Positions 25,709-39,314 of a DNA stretch of 64,000 bases are shown here, one piece after another. A program made the translations under genes and the position numbers. The notes under the pieces were generated by a model. It was not told the DNA's origin, did not search any database, and worked only from the letters and a program-made list of their open reading frames with translations. The stretch is from Mobula hypostoma (Eukaryota): positions 194,186,001 to 194,250,000 of the forward strand of contig NC_086097.1 in NCBI RefSeq assembly GCF_963921235.1, in the 5' to 3' direction. Numbering within the stretch: the first letter of the stretch is position 1; every line of letters begins with the position of its first letter.

Positions 25709-28358
25709 CAGTTGCAAAATGTGAACCCTTTGCAATTACCCTCTGCATGAATTACTCATAAAATTTGGTCTGATCTTCATCTGTCACAATAACAGAAAAA
25801 CAAATCTGCCTAAAACTAATACCACACAAACAATGGTACTTTTCATGTCTTTATTGAACACATTGCTTTATCATTCAAAGTCCAGGCTGGAAAAAGTACA
25901 TGAATTCTTGCATTTAATAATTGGTTGAACCTCCTTGAGCAATAATAACCTCCACCAAATGTTACTTGGAGCAGCTGATCCAACCTGCACAACTGTGAAG
26001 GGGAATTTGAGACCATTCCTCCATTCAAAACTGTTTCAGTTCATTAATATTTTTGGCTAACCTTGCATGGACAGCTGCCTTCAGGTCATGCTACAGCATC
26101 TTGATTGGGTTCAGGTCTGGATTTTGATTTGGCTATTACAAAAATTTTCTTATTATACCATTCTGTAATTTATTTACTCTTATGTTTTGGATCATTGTGT
26201 GGTTGCATTATCCAACTTCTATTAAGCTTCAGGTGACAGACTGCTACCCTGACATTCTCCTGTAGAATGTCCTGACACAATTTTGAATTCATTGTTTCCT
26301 CAACGATTGCAAATGGTCCAGGCCACGATTCTGCTTCCACCATGCTTCACAGTTGGATGAGATTTTAGCGTTGGTGTGCAGTGCCCTTTTTCCTTTAAGC
26401 ATAGCAGTGTGCATTTCTGACAAAAAATTCAACTTTTATCTTATCTGTCCACAGAACATTGTTACAGTAACCTTGGCCTCTGTACCTCCCTCTGCAACTG
26501 GATCCTCGACTTCCAAACAGGAAGACCACAATCTGTGTGGACTTGTGATAATATCTCCTCCTCGTTGACGATCAACACTAGTGCAGCTCAGGGGTGTGTG
26601 CTTAGCCCACTGCTCTACTCTCTATATACACCATGACTGTGTGCCTAGGCATAGCTCAGGTACCATCTATAAATTTGCTGATAATACAACCATTGTTGGT
26701 AGAATCTCAGATGGAGACGAGAGGGCATACAGGAGCGAGATATGCCAACTAGTGGAGTGGTGTCTCAGCAACGACTTTCACTCAACATCAGAAAGATGAA
26801 AGAGCTGATAGTGGATTTCAGGAAGGGTAAGACGAAGGAACACACACCAATCCTCATAGAGGGATCAGAAGTGGAGAGAGTGAGCTATTTCAAGATCCTG
26901 GGTGACAAGATCTTTGAGAACCTAACCTGGTCCCAACATATCGATGCAGTTATAAAGAAGGCAAGACTTCATTAAGAGTTTGAAGAAATTTGGTATGTCA
27001 ACAAATACACTCAAAAGCTTCTACAGATGTACCGTGGAGAGCATTCTGACAGGCTGCATCACTGTCTGGTATTGGGGGGGGGGCGGCGCAGGGAGCTACT
27101 GCACAGGACCTAAAGAAGCTGCTGAGGGTTGTAAATTTAGTCAGCTCCATCTTGGGCACTAGTCTACAAAATATCCAGGACATTTTCAAGGAGCGGTGTC
27201 CCAGAAAGGCAGTGTCTATTATTAAGGACACCTAGCACCCAGGGCATGCCCTTTTCTCACTGTTACCATCAGGTAGAAGGTACAGAAGCCTGAAGGCACA
27301 CACTCAGTGATTCAGGAACAGCTTCTTCCCCTCTGCCACCTGATTCCTAAATGGACATTTAACCTATGAACACTACCTCTCACTTTTAATATATATTAAT
27401 TGTTTTTGCACAATTTTTAATCTATTCAATATATGTATAGTGTAATTGATTTACTTATTATTATTTTTTCTCTTCTTCTATATTATGTATTGCATTGAAC
27501 TGCTAAGTTAACAAATTTCACGGCACATGCCGGTGATAATAAAACTGATTCTGCTTATGATTCTGACATTGTCTTAGAAGTGTTGTAGAACATCCAGGTG
27601 GTCTTTTGCAAACGTGAGATGTGCAGCAATATTTTTTTTTTGGAGAGCAGTGGTTTCCTCTGTGGTGTCCTTCCATGAACAACATTTTTGTTCAGTATTT
27701 TTCTTATAGTGAATGCATGAACAGAGACTTTAGCAAGTTCTAAAGATATCTGCGGGTCTTTTTCACCTCCTTCAGCATTGCATGTTGTGCTCTTGGTGTG
27801 ATCTTTGCAGGACGCTCACTCCTAGGGAGAGTAGCAACAGTACTGAATTTCCTCCATCTGTAGACAATTTCTCTCACTGTGGACTGATGAACACTTGGGT
27901 CTATAGAAATGCTTTTATAGCCTTCCCCAGGCTCATGCATCTCTACAATTCTTCTAAGGTCCTCTGAAAGTTGTTCCGATCGAGGCATGGTGCACTTAAA
28001 CAGATCATTCTTCAGCTAGCTCTGTTAATAAACTAACTTCGCATATCTTTTTTATAAGGCAGGGCACCTCTATAACCCACACCACCAATCTCATTTCATT
28101 GAATGGAACACCTGACTACAAATAGCTTCTGTAGAAGGCATTACCCCAGAGGTTCACATACTTTTTTGAACCTAAACTGTGATTCTTTAAATTGTGTACT
28201 CAGTTTTGACAAGATGTACAATTGTTTGTGTGTTTTCTTAATTTAAGCAGATTGTGTTCATCGATTATTGTGACTTGAAGAAGATCAGACATTTTATGAG
28301 TAACTGATGCAGAAAGTCAGGTAATTGCAAAGTGTTAACAAACTTTTTCCTGCAACTG
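25709..28358 (-). mobile_element. Degenerate Tc1-family DNA transposon interrupted by a LINE
   Basis: TA-flanked CAGTTGCA..TGCAACTG ends with long imperfect TIRs; MPRSEQLSEDLRR..GYKSIS....V..STVR.IV.RW..LPRS.RP.KITPR. Confidence 0.88.
26463..27565 (+). mobile_element. Rex1/Babar-like LINE 3' fragment nested in Tc1
   Basis: [55 protein letters not shown] duplicated at 26456-26462 and 27566-27572. Confidence 0.88.
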
Positions 28359-28949
28359 TATATAGGAAAGGATACTTTACAAGTTCTGAGGACCTTTACC
28401 CCATTTCAATATATATAATACATCGGCAAACAGCGCTACATACAATTATCATTAAATCAGTTTCTATAGTCAACCTAAAATTTAAACAGAACAAAAACCT
28501 GGATTAAAAAACAAGCTGGTAAATCAGAGAAAGCTAGTTAAAATGGTTAATATGGAACGCTGTACTGGATTAGAAGTTTGCCAATACTCTCTGGCTGCTT
28601 TGTGTTTGCTGTCAATAATAAACCCCGTAAACTCCTTTATTGCTGGCCAAATCCATGGTAAGCTCCACATTCATCAGCATACACGGAGGTCCTATGACCA
28701 CCATTTCACAGTTTGGAAATCCTTGATGTTTCCTGGCTGCGTTCCTTATAGGGATGGGGAGTGGCCTTGTCACAAATTATCCAATCCCAAATCCATTTTC
28801 CCACACACCCCCCAAAAATGGGACAACAGAGATATCAGGAGTTCCATGTCAATAATCTGAAAGGCAATGGGGATGAAGGCCCGAAAAACAATACAAATAT
28901 TAATAAAATAATTATGTTAGCGTTTGAACTACAGTTGTGTGTCAGTTAA

Positions 28950-29310
28950 TAGACACCTAATAGCCACTTTATGAGACACAGAAGTGGAGCCCGCTGTGGT
29001 TTCTGCTGCTGTAGTCCATCCACTTCAAGGTTCGATCTGTTGTGTGATCAGAGATGCTCTTCTGCAAACCACTGTTGTAATACGTGGTATTCTGAGTTAC
29101 TGTCACTTTCTCTGAACCATTCTCCTCTGACCTCTCTCATTAACAAGGCATTTTCCCACAGAACTGCCACTCACTAGATGTTCGTATTTTTTGCACCATT
29201 CTCTGTAAACTCTAGAGACTGTGCGTGAAAATTCCAGGAGATCAGCAGTTTCTGAGATACTCAAACCACCTCGCCTGGTGCCAACAATCATTCTACAGCC
29301 AAAGTCACTG
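28950..29310 (-). mobile_element. Tc1-like transposon fragment (N-terminal HTH region)
   Basis: SDF...MIVG.RRGGLSISETADLL.FSR.TVSRVYREW. Confidence 0.75.
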
Positions 29311-29779
29311 CTTTTTTCGGCCACTCAGGCTGGCTACGTGTCGGTATCAGAGCCCTACTGAAGCTCAGAAGAGAATGGGAGAGAGTGAAAAGGTGCAGAT
29401 TCAGGTAAGGACAATCTCTTTCGCCTGTGCAGGTTAGGTTGGCATTGGCGCCAGAGGCCTAAACTCAGCAGCAAATAAAAGGAGGGTAGGGTCACGGCGA
29501 GCAGTCATTTTCAGAGTGTGACAGTGATAGAGCGGGAAGGCTTTGTCTACTTCCCACTTTGGCGAGAACACGCAGAGGCGCAGTTAAGAAGCTTTTCTTT
29601 TAGTGCAGAGTAGTCAGAATGGAATGCTCATCCTGTCAGATTTGGGAATTCTGGATACCTGACAGCTTCCCTAATGGGTCCATCGGTGGGAAGTGCACCC
29701 AAATTCAGCTCCTGAATGACTGGGTCAAGGAGGATGTACGCAGGACCATTTGAGAGGCTGATGACATTATAGATTAGAC

Positions 29780-30402
29780 TTTTGAAGAGGTGCTTCCAGG
29801 TGAGGTGACAGTTCATCTGTGAATCTGTTGGGGTCATCTGCTGCAGCTTCCTGTATATTGGTGAGACCGCTTCGCCATCCATTAGAAAAAGCAGGATCCC
29901 CCGGCAGCCACCCATTTTAATTCCACTTCTCATTCCGACATGTCAGTCCACGGCCTCCTCTAATGCTGTGATGAGGCCACACCAAGGTTGGAGGAGCAGC
30001 ACCTTATATTCCGTCTGGGTAGCCATCAATCTGATGGCAGGAACATCAATTTCTCAAACTTCTGGAATTGTCCCCCTTCCTTGTTTTCACCATTCTCCAT
30101 TCTCATTTCCCTCTCTCAACTGCCCAACACATTCTCTGTTGCTCCTCCACCTTTCCTTTCTTCCATGGCCTTCTGTCCTATCCTATCAGAATTCCCCCTT
30201 CTCTAGCCCTTTATCTCTTTCACCAATCAACTTCCCAGCTCCTTACTTCACCTCTCCCCCTCTCACGGTTTCACCTATCACCTACTAGCTTTTCATCTTT
30301 TTTCTCCAGTCCTGAAGAAGGGACTCAGCCTGAAACTTCGACTATACTCTTTTCCATAGATGCTGCCTGGCCTGCTGAGTTCCTCTAGCATTTTGTGTGT
30401 TT
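29780..30402 (+). mobile_element. Penelope-like element 3' fragment
   Basis: FQVR..F.CES.GVI, LYIGET, EEQHLIFRLGS; terminal repeat with hammerhead motif. Confidence 0.85.
30308..30343 (+). ncRNA. Minimal hammerhead motif, core intact but palindrome mutated
   Basis: AGUC-CUGAAGA-AGG(GACUCAG)CCU-GAAA-C-UUC-GACU. Confidence 0.6.
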
Positions 30403-30638
30403 TGATTACAATATAAATTGAAGATTAGATTCCCTGTGAACTAAAAAGGGGAAAAGGAAAGTTTGATTAAGGTACTTCACAGTTTGGAATTTTGCCTGCA
30501 GCCTCTGACAATCCCAGATCTGAAGCAACTTTCTGTCTCAGTACTTGCACTGTTATTTACAGAAGTTATTCTCATATCATGCTGACTTTTACACTAGAAG
30601 TACTTCATACATCACTCAAAATACATACATCAACTTAC

Positions 30639-30724
30639 AGTACTTATTTCTGCAGGATTGATCTTCTGTTTTCGAAGTTCATTTTTCAAATGAGATTCTT
30701 TTGCTGTAGCTTCTTGTGCCTGAC
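30639..30724 (-). CDS. SMCHD1: SMCHD1 exon CQAQEATAKESHLKNELRKQKINPAEIST
   Basis: TTATTAAG acceptor (weak AAG), GTAAGT donor, phase 1 to 0 fits; coiled-coil peptide. Confidence 0.87.
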
Positions 30725-30986
30725 CTTAATAAGACATCAGTTTTAGAACTTAATCAGTTGCTTTGTATTCAATCATTATCTTCCTAATTTTTCGTTAGTT
30801 TTCAGGGTCTGTCAATCACTCAGTGGTTTCTTTACCCAGAGAGAATATGGTTGCCATAAAGGAAATACAGTCATGGCTCAATTGTTTGCTTTCTGGGATG
30901 ACAGGGCTACTGTCCAGAGAAAGATTAAGCTGCCTAGGTTTATATTCACTAGAATATAGAAGAATGAGGAACCTATCTGAAACTTA

Positions 30987-32441
30987 CAGTGGTGCTAGAA
31001 AGTTTGTGAACTCTGTATAATGTTCACTATTTCTGCATAAATATCACCTAAAATATTTTCAGATCTTCTCATAAATTCTAAAACTAGATTAAAAAGAACC
31101 CAATTAAATAAACATATTATACTTGTTCATTTATTTACTGAGAAAAATGATCCAAAATTACATGTACTTATTTGAAAAAATATGTCAGTCTCTAATGTAA
31201 TGCTTTCTACAAAAGCTATTTGGAGTCAGGTGTTTCAATCAATGAGATGAGATTGGAGGTGTGGGTTGTAGAAGTGCCCTGCCCTTTAACAAAGAAACAC
31301 AAAGTCAGGTTACTAACAGAGCCTGCTCTTCTCAAGAAAGATCTGTTTATGTGCACCATACCTCGATCAAAACAACTTACAGAGGACCTTAGAGGACCTG
31401 TAGAGATACATGATGCTGGAAAAGGCTACAAAAACATTTCTAAAGACCCAAATGTTCATCAGTCCACAGTATGAGAAATTGCCTGCAAAAGACCTGCAGG
31501 AGTCTCTAGAACGTGCTAAATCCCTGTTCATGTGTCCATTATAAGAAAATCTCTGAATAAGAATGTTGTTCATGGAAGGACACTATGGAGAAAACATAAA
31601 AAGAAACATTGCTGCATGCTTCAAATTTACAAAAGCTTGGATGCTCTACAACGCCTCTAGGACAATGTTCTGTGGACAGATGAGGCAATGCACATCACTA
31701 TGTTTGGAGGAAAAAGGGCACTGCACCCCAAAACCAAAACCTCACCCAACTGTGAAGCATGGTGGAAGGAGCATTAAGGTTTTCGGCTGCTTTACTGTCT
31801 CAGGGCCTGGACAGTTTGCAATCATTGAGTGAAAAAATGAATTCAAAATTTTATCAAATAATTTTATAGCAGAATATCAGGGCAGCAGTCCGTCACCTGA
31901 AACTTATTAGAATTTGGATTATGCAACAAGACAGTGATCCGAAAGACAAGAGTAAATCAACAATAGAATGGTTTAAAAAGAAGAAAATTTGTGTTTTGGA
32001 ATGGCCAAGACAAAGCCCTGACTTTAATTCTTTAGAAATATTGTGAAATGACCTGCAGCAAGTAGTTCATGCAAAGAAGCCCACCAACATCCCAGAGTTG
32101 AAGCAATTTTGTGAGGAGGAATGGCCTAAAGTTCCTCCAAGCTGATGTGCAGGACTGGGACTGATCAACAGTTACCGGAAACGTTTGGTTGCAGTTATTG
32201 CTATACAAGGGGGTCACACCAGTTATGGAAAGCAAAGGTTCACATACTTTGTCCAACTGATACATGTAATATTGGATAATTTTTCTCAATAAATAAATGT
32301 TGAACTTTTTGTGTTATTTATTTAATTGGGTCTTTGTTATCTCGTTTTAGGACTTAAGTGAAGATCTGATTACATTTTAAGTCATATCTATGCAAAAATA
32401 GAGAAAATTCTAGAGGGCTCACAAACCTTCTAGCACCACTG
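30987..32441 (+). mobile_element. Degenerate Tc1-family transposon with both TIRs
   Basis: TA|CAGTGGTGCTAGAAAGTTTGTGA ... TCACAAACCTTCTAGCACCACTG|TA; remnants PTVKHGG.SI.V.GCF, QQD.DPK, WP.QSPD. Confidence 0.9.
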
Positions 32442-32697
32442 TACAAATACTTATGTAACTGAATATTTTTAAGATGGATAAGCCTCTAGAGTCTCGGTTA
32501 ATTGTTGGGGTCCATGGCATAAAAAAGGTTGGGAACCCCTTCTCTAGACACAGGAGAGATCAACAGATACACAGAGATTATGGTATTCAGATAGATGCTT
32601 AGCCAAGGCAATTTTAAATGGCAAAACAGGTATGTAGGGCTTAATGTACAGCTATGTTTCTATTTTCTGGTATTAATGACACTCAGTGTTTCATGTA

Positions 32698-34301
32698 CAA
32701 ACCCCATTTCCAGAAAAGTTGGGATATTTTCCAAAATGCAACAAAAACAAAAACCTGTGATATGTTAATTCACGTGAACCTTTATTTAACTGACAAAAGT
32801 ACAAAGAAAAGATTTTCAGTAGTTTTACTTACCAACTTAATTGTATTTTGTAAATATACACAAATTTAGAATTTGATGGCTGCAACACACTCAACAAAAG
32901 TTGGGACAGAGTTAAAATAATATTGTAAAGTGCACAGAATATTCAAGCAACACCGGTTTGGAAGACTCCACATTAAGCAGGCTAATTGGTAGCAGGTGAG
33001 GTATCATGACTGGGTATAAAAGTAGCGTCCATCAAAAGCTCAGTCTTTGCAAGCAAGGATGGGTCGTGGCTCACCCCTTTGTGCCAAAATTCGTGAGAGG
33101 ATTGTTAGTCAGTTCAAAAGGAACATTTCTCAACGCAAGATTGTAGAGAATTTAGGTCTTTCAACATCTACAGTACATAATATTGTGAAAAGATTCAGAG
33201 AATTCAGAGATATCTCAGTGTGTAAAGGGCAAGGTTGGAAACCACTGTTGAATGCGCGTGATCTTCGAGCCCTCAGGCGGCACTGCCTAAGAAACCGTCA
33301 TGCTACTGTGACAATTATAGCCACCTGGGCTCAGGAGTACTTCGGAAAACCATTGTCACTCAACACAGTCCGTTGCTGCATCCAGAAATGCAACTTGAAA
33401 CTGTATTACGCAAGGAGGAAGCCATACATCAACTCTATGCAGAAACGCCAGCGAGTTCTCTGGGCCTGAGCTCATCTCAGATGGACCGAAAGACTGTGGA
33501 ATTGTGTGCTGTGGTCAGATGAGTCCACATTTCAGCTAGTTTTCGGAAAAAATGGGCGTTGAGTTCCCCATGCCAAAGATGAAAATGACCATCCAGATTG
33601 TTATCAGTGGAAGGTGCAAAAGCCAGCATCTGTGATGGTATGGGGGTGCATCAGTGCCCACGGCATGGGTGAGTTGCATGTATGTGAAGGTACCATTGAC
33701 TCTGAGGTGTATATTAGGATTTTAGAGAGACATATGTTGCCATCAAGGCGACTCCTCCTCCCGGGACGTCCACGCTTATTTCAGCAGGACAATGCCAGAC
33801 CACATTCTGCATGGGCTACAACAGCGTGGCTTTGTAGACACGGAGTGCGTGTGCTTGACTGGCCTGCTGCCAGTCCAGATCTATCTCCTATTGAAAACGT
33901 ATGGCGCATCATGAAGAGGAGAATCAGACAACGGAGACCACGGACTGTTGAGCAGCTGAAGTCTTACATCAAGCAAGAATGGACAAAATTTCCAATTGCA
34001 AATGTACTACAATTAGTATCCTCAGTTCCAAAACGATTAAAAAGTGTTATTAAAAGGAAAGGTGATGTAACACAATGGTAAACATGCCTCTGTCCCAACT
34101 TTTGTTGAGTGTGTTGCAGCCATCAAATTCTAAATTTGTGTATGTTTACAAAATACAATTAAGTTGGTCAGTAAATCTATTGAAAATGTTTTCTTTGTAC
34201 TTTTGTCAGTTAAATAAAGGTTCACATGAATTAACAAATCACAGATTTTTGTTTTCATTGCATTTTGGAAAATATCCCAACTTTTCTGGAAATGGGGTTT
34301 G
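32698..34301 (+). mobile_element. Full-length Tc1 (DD34E) transposon, 1604 bp, TIRs of about 210 bp, TA target duplication
   Basis: TA|CAAACCCCATTTCCAGAAAAGTTGGGA ... TCCCAACTTTTCTGGAAATGGGGTTTG|TA. Confidence 0.97.
33059..34081 (+). pseudogene. Tc1 transposase (340 codons) with two in-frame TGA stops
   Basis: ATG 33059 to TAA 34081 in one frame; WSDES, FQQDNARPH, SPDLSPIENVW with 34 residues between D and E; stops at 33467 and 33560. Confidence 0.93.
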
Positions 34302-35189
34302 TATTTAAGTAGGTCCAGCAGTATCTGTAGAGAGAAAAACTGACTCAAACTACAGACTGATGACATTCGATCAATTCCGGAAATTTGGAATGGCTAACAG
34401 ACTGAAACTGATGAATCCAGTTTCCTGGCTAAAAAACTACTCTTTAAATTTGCTTAAGTTGTTTTGTAACAATGACAGAACTATGTGAGTGGAATAGAGA
34501 ATTAACATGATAGGCATCTGGAAGCACTGGGTCATGTTGGTGTTCTGAACAAAGGCTATCTACAAACTGGTTAGCAAACTGCATTTGGTTTACCCAGTGT
34601 CAAGGGAACCAAAAATGAGTACAGAACACAATACATTAGGTTACCAGGCAGCCACGTCTATCCAGCTGCATCAGAAATGGCCAGCTCTAGTTAAAGTAAT
34701 CATACTGTAATATTGACTCAGTTTTTCAGTTTCCTCAAATATACTCACCTTTCCAGATGTATCAGATTTTCAGCAATTGTTACCTAGTATTGTGCATTTT
34801 TTAAAAAACCTGTCATCATTCATTTCTCTTCACTTGAAGCTTCTCCTGACAGATCAGCAGTAACTAAGCTTTCATCATTCCTCTCCCAACTGGCACTAAC
34901 AACACGTGTCATTCTATATCCTGTGATTTTCATCCTATCACATTCTCTTTTATCCTCCACCTTTTCTCTTCTCTGCAATATTAAGCATTCATGTTTTTTT
35001 AACATTTCCAACTCTTCATGAAAGATAATTGATCGAAAATATTAAACATTTATCTCTCAACAGTTGCAGCTTAGCCTGCTGAATATTTCTAGCACTTTGT
35101 TTTTAACCTCAGATTCTGGATTGTGGTTCTTGGAAATAAGAAGTTTCAAACAGTTCAAATAGAGGCAAAAAGAAACCAAAATATACTTT

Positions 35190-35967
35190 GCTAAACAGCA
35201 ACTCCTTTGCTTGCATCTTCAGAAACAGTTCTATTTCCATCTTTAATATCTCTATTTTTCCCTTTCAGGGTACTTCTGAAGATCTGGAGTTACACGCTGA
35301 CGATGGTTCTTTGCGGGAATGGGACCCGCTGTCGGGGTTTCATAACTGGCCGTTGTTCAGCCTAAGAGTTCGGCTCGCCTTTGGGAGGCCTAGGATCTCA
35401 GGGCTCTGGAGATGGGCGGATCAAAGATTGGTGAAACGGCAGGAGATTCGTGTGTTGTTGGGGGAATCGGAAGATCTGCGGCTGTGTGCCCAGAGACTCG
35501 AGATCTTTGGGCACAGAGCCCGAGAAAAGCGATGTAACGGACTTTTAAACCAGCGAGTTGTTTGTTATGTCTCCCCTCTCGCTGTAAAGTGGAGGCATCC
35601 CTCTCTCCCTTACGGGGGAGAGGGAGGGGGAGAGGGAGAGCCTGTTGTATGTCAAATGCCAGGTGAACAATGTAGTCTTTGGAGTACTGCAATTCTGTGT
35701 CTTTATTGTTGCTTTGCTCACGCTTGAGTGCTCGGTGGCGGATGCCAATGCTCTTTTTTGCTGGTGGGGGGGAAGGGAGAATTGTTGCTTGCTGGTGCTT
35801 ACGCGTAGGGGGAAGGGAAGCTGGGGGGACTTTTGGGTTCTAACATTTAACTGTCGTTCATTCTCTGGGGCATTTCTCTATTTTCGTGGATGGTTGCGAA
35901 GAAAAATCATTTCAGGATGAATATCGTATACATTTCTCTGACATTAAATGTACCTCTGAAACCTTTG
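35190..35967 (+). repeat. Unclassified interspersed repeat, CpG-containing, retroelement-like 3' end
   Basis: Composition shift relative to flanks; ends CATTAAATGTACCTCTGAAACCTTTG. Confidence 0.4.
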
Positions 35968-36176
35968 CAGTACTATAATCAGTTAATATATTAAAAACAA
36001 GCATTTTTGGTTTTTCCATCAGTGTTGTTTGAAAGAGCCCTCAAGTTACTATTGAACTCCTAAGTATAAATTAACTTTGTGGTACTTATTTTCCAAATAA
36101 TAAAGAAAGCAAATTCCTTCCTCTACAAATGTTTTTTGTAATTCACAAAAATGCAAGTACTCTTAATGTGACTTAC

Positions 36177-36296
36177 ATTTCATTTCACTAATTAATTGGT
36201 TTGTGGTATCAAACAAACTCCGGTATGCAACAATGGATTGGGTGAGTTGGTCCTTCTCCTTGGTTAAGGATGTCATCTGCTGCTGTTTCTTAAAAT
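36177..36296 (-). CDS. SMCHD1: SMCHD1 exon (coiled coil) [40 protein letters not shown]
   Basis: [14 protein letters not shown] motif; TCACAG acceptor, GTAAGT donor. Confidence 0.95.
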
Positions 36297-36460
36297 CTGT
36301 GAACAAAAGGATCATCCTCATCAGCCATTACTATATTCACTTTTGAGCAAAAAGATTTCTCAATTCTGCAACAACCATTTTAAAGTACTGCTTCTGTAAA
36401 CTACTTTGAATGCAGGCAGTGCAAAACTTAAACAACAATACAATTATTTATTCTGATTCT

Positions 36461-37181
36461 ACATAGAACATAGAATAGTGCAGCACAGTACAGGCCCTTC
36501 GGCCCACAATGTTGTGCCGACCTTCAAACCCTGCCTCCCATATAAGCCCCCACCTTAGATTCCTCCATATACCTGTCTAGTAGTCTCTTAAACTTCACGA
36601 GCGTATCTGCCTCCACCACTGACTCAGGCAGTGCATTCCACGCACCAACCACTCTCTGAGTAAAAAACCTTCCTCTAATATCCCCCTTGAACTTCCCACC
36701 CCTTACCTTAAAGCCATGTCCTCTTGCATTGAGCAGTGGTGCCCTGGGGAAGAGGTGCTGGCTATCCACTCTATCTATTCCTCTTGTTATCTTGTACACC
36801 TCTATCATGTCTCCTCTCATCCTCCTTCTCTCCAAAGAGTAAAGCCCTAGCTCCCTTAATCTCTGATCATAATGCATACTTTTTAAACCAGGCAGCATCC
36901 TGGTAAATCTCCTCTGTACCCTTTCCAATGCTTCCACATCCTTCCTGTAGTGAGGTGACCAGAACTGGACACACTACTCCAAGTGTGGCCTAACTAGAGT
37001 TTTAAGAGCTGCATCATTACATCGCGACTCTTAAACTCTATCCCTTGACTTATGAAAGCTAACACCCCATAAGCTTTCTTAACTACCCTATCCGCCTGTG
37101 AGACAACTTTCAGGGATCTGTGAACATGTAACCCGAGATCCCTCTGCTCCTCCACACTACCAAGTATCCTGCCATTTACTT
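36461..37181 (-). mobile_element. Young CR1 3' fragment
   Basis: LERVQRRFTRMLPG..YSLERRRMRGDMIEVYKI..FFTQRVV.AWN.LP; TTCTATG-type tail. Confidence 0.93.
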
Positions 37182-39181
37182 TTTATTAGTTAGCCAAACC
37201 CTCATACATGGCAATATATGTATACAACCTGTTTATTTAGCCTAGTTAGGGATTAGAAAATTATATATTAAAAATTACATATGTTGAAGACAGTTGCAAA
37301 GAGTCTACGATGGTGATCTGGCACATCTTCAACTTTGTAGCTACCATGATATGCACAACATCCTCTCCATCCCATCAGACCACCTGCTCTTCCCCCTCCA
37401 TCCTTTCGAATCCTAGCTTCACCCAGCAAAGCAAACCACACCGAACCTACTGTTCAACTTTTTCTTCACTGTACTTACTGCCTCATACTGCCTCTTTCTA
37501 ATAAATCATCTGCTTGACACACTTCATCCCTCTCCCCACTTAATTAAGTGCCTAGTCTCTCTCTCCTCAACGCAATGCTCATCATCTTCCTGGATAATTT
37601 GGCTCCCTCATCACCAATAATGCTATTTCTGATAAATTTGCTTCATCCTCTGCAGTGGCACAGAAGTTCATGGAGGGAAGGCCAAATTTCACCCCCTCCC
37701 CCACACACACACACGTCATAATGTGGGCATCCTCATCTTAAATGTATCACTTCCTTTATGCTGGTTTAGTGCAGACAACCTTGAACTTCTCTGCCATTCA
37801 GATTCATCATATGTACATTGAAACATACAGTGAAATGTGTCATTTATGTTAACAGCCAACACAACTTAAGGATGTGCTGGGAGCAGATCGTTAAGTGTCA
37901 CCACACATTCTGGTGCCAACACAGCATACCCAGAATGTTCAGAACAACACAAACAACAACAACAAGGCTCTTTTCTCCTTCCCACCCACCCACCCACACA
38001 TACAGGCCTCCAACCCCAGGACAGGCCGCCCAAGTCCTTGGCCCCAGACTCTCAGACTTGCAGACATTGGGCATGGACTTGCAGTCACAAACTTTGGGCA
38101 TCTGACTTTTGAACACACCGACCCAGGGAATCGACTATTGGGCTTTGCCGACTTAGGTCTCTGACCTTCAAACCTCAACCTTTGGTTTCGACTCTAGTAC
38201 TTTCCAATCACTATGAATTCTGGATCTCAAATTCCAGACTTCCACTGACCTCTGACCCCAGGACTCACCAACATTAAGTTTCCTGTTGTGGGTTGTCCAA
38301 AACTAGAGGGCTTAGTCTCAAAATTGAGGGGCGACCCTTTAGAACAGAGGTAAGGATGAGTTTTTTTTTAAAGCCAGAGAGTAGTGAATATGTGGCATGC
38401 TCTGCCCCAGACAGCTGTGGGGGCCAAGACTGTGGGTATATTTAAAATGAAAATTGATAGTTTCCTGATTGGTCAGGGCATTGAAGGTCATGGCAAGGAA
38501 GGTCTGGGATCTGGGATCAACCACGATGGAATGGCGGAGCAGACTTGATGGCCTGAGTGGCCTAATCCTGCTTCCATGTCTTATGGAAGTCTGATCTCTT
38601 GATTCGCCGACCTAGGCGGTGGTGGTGGGTGGGGGGCAGCAGCCCTTTCCACGGGGCCCACCAACTTCCATCATTGACCACGAGGATCACTGGGCTATGC
38701 CTCAGTGCCTGCCAATGCAACATCTGTCTACAGGGATCAATGGCCTTCTACTGAGGAGTGCTCCGACATGGACTCCAGCTCCTGCCGACTCTTCATTAAC
38801 TGTTCCTCACTTTAACTCCCCTCATCACAGTTCCTAAACCTTAACCTGTCTCCAACACCTACTCTGGCCCCAAAACGAAGCTGAAACCAACCAAGTTTAA
38901 ATCACAACCTCGACGACATAGCAATTTGTGTCATCTTGAGTGGAAGTCAATCCATGGCTAAAATTTATGCATGGTATAATTTGTTATTTAATTAAATTCC
39001 TGAGTCATCTTCAAATATGGTCAGGTAATAGGGCTCTGGGACACTTAACCTTCTGTGATATATACACTATTTTCAAAATAAACTGAAAGCAAATTCCTTC
39101 CTCTGCACATTTACTCTAATTCACAATTTTGCAAGTACTCTTAAACACAACTTATAATAGGTAGACCATTGAGTTGCTTAC

Positions 39182-39314
39182 CATTGTAAAACATAAAAGG
39201 TAATATGTAAGGAGGTAAAGGATTCTTCATGTTCATTTTTTTAACGGTTAGTTCAAAGACCAGCAAGTATTCAGTGCTATCCCTGCCAGGACTATTTTCT
39301 GCTAGCATCACATT
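39182..39314 (-). CDS. SMCHD1: SMCHD1 exon NVMLAENSPGRDSTEYLLVFELTVKKMNMKNPLPPYILPFMFYN
   Basis: SPGRDSTEY and PYILPFMFYN motifs; TTACAG acceptor, GTAAGC donor. Confidence 0.95.

Noticed and set aside
32490..32548. hAT MITE end (GGTTGGGAACCCCT) between CTCTAGA strings
   Set aside because: Only one terminal repeat is visible; too short to call
35188..35727. 179-aa ORF as a novel gene
   Set aside because: Starts at a non-ATG codon inside a repeat-like block; no recognisable domain or exon structure
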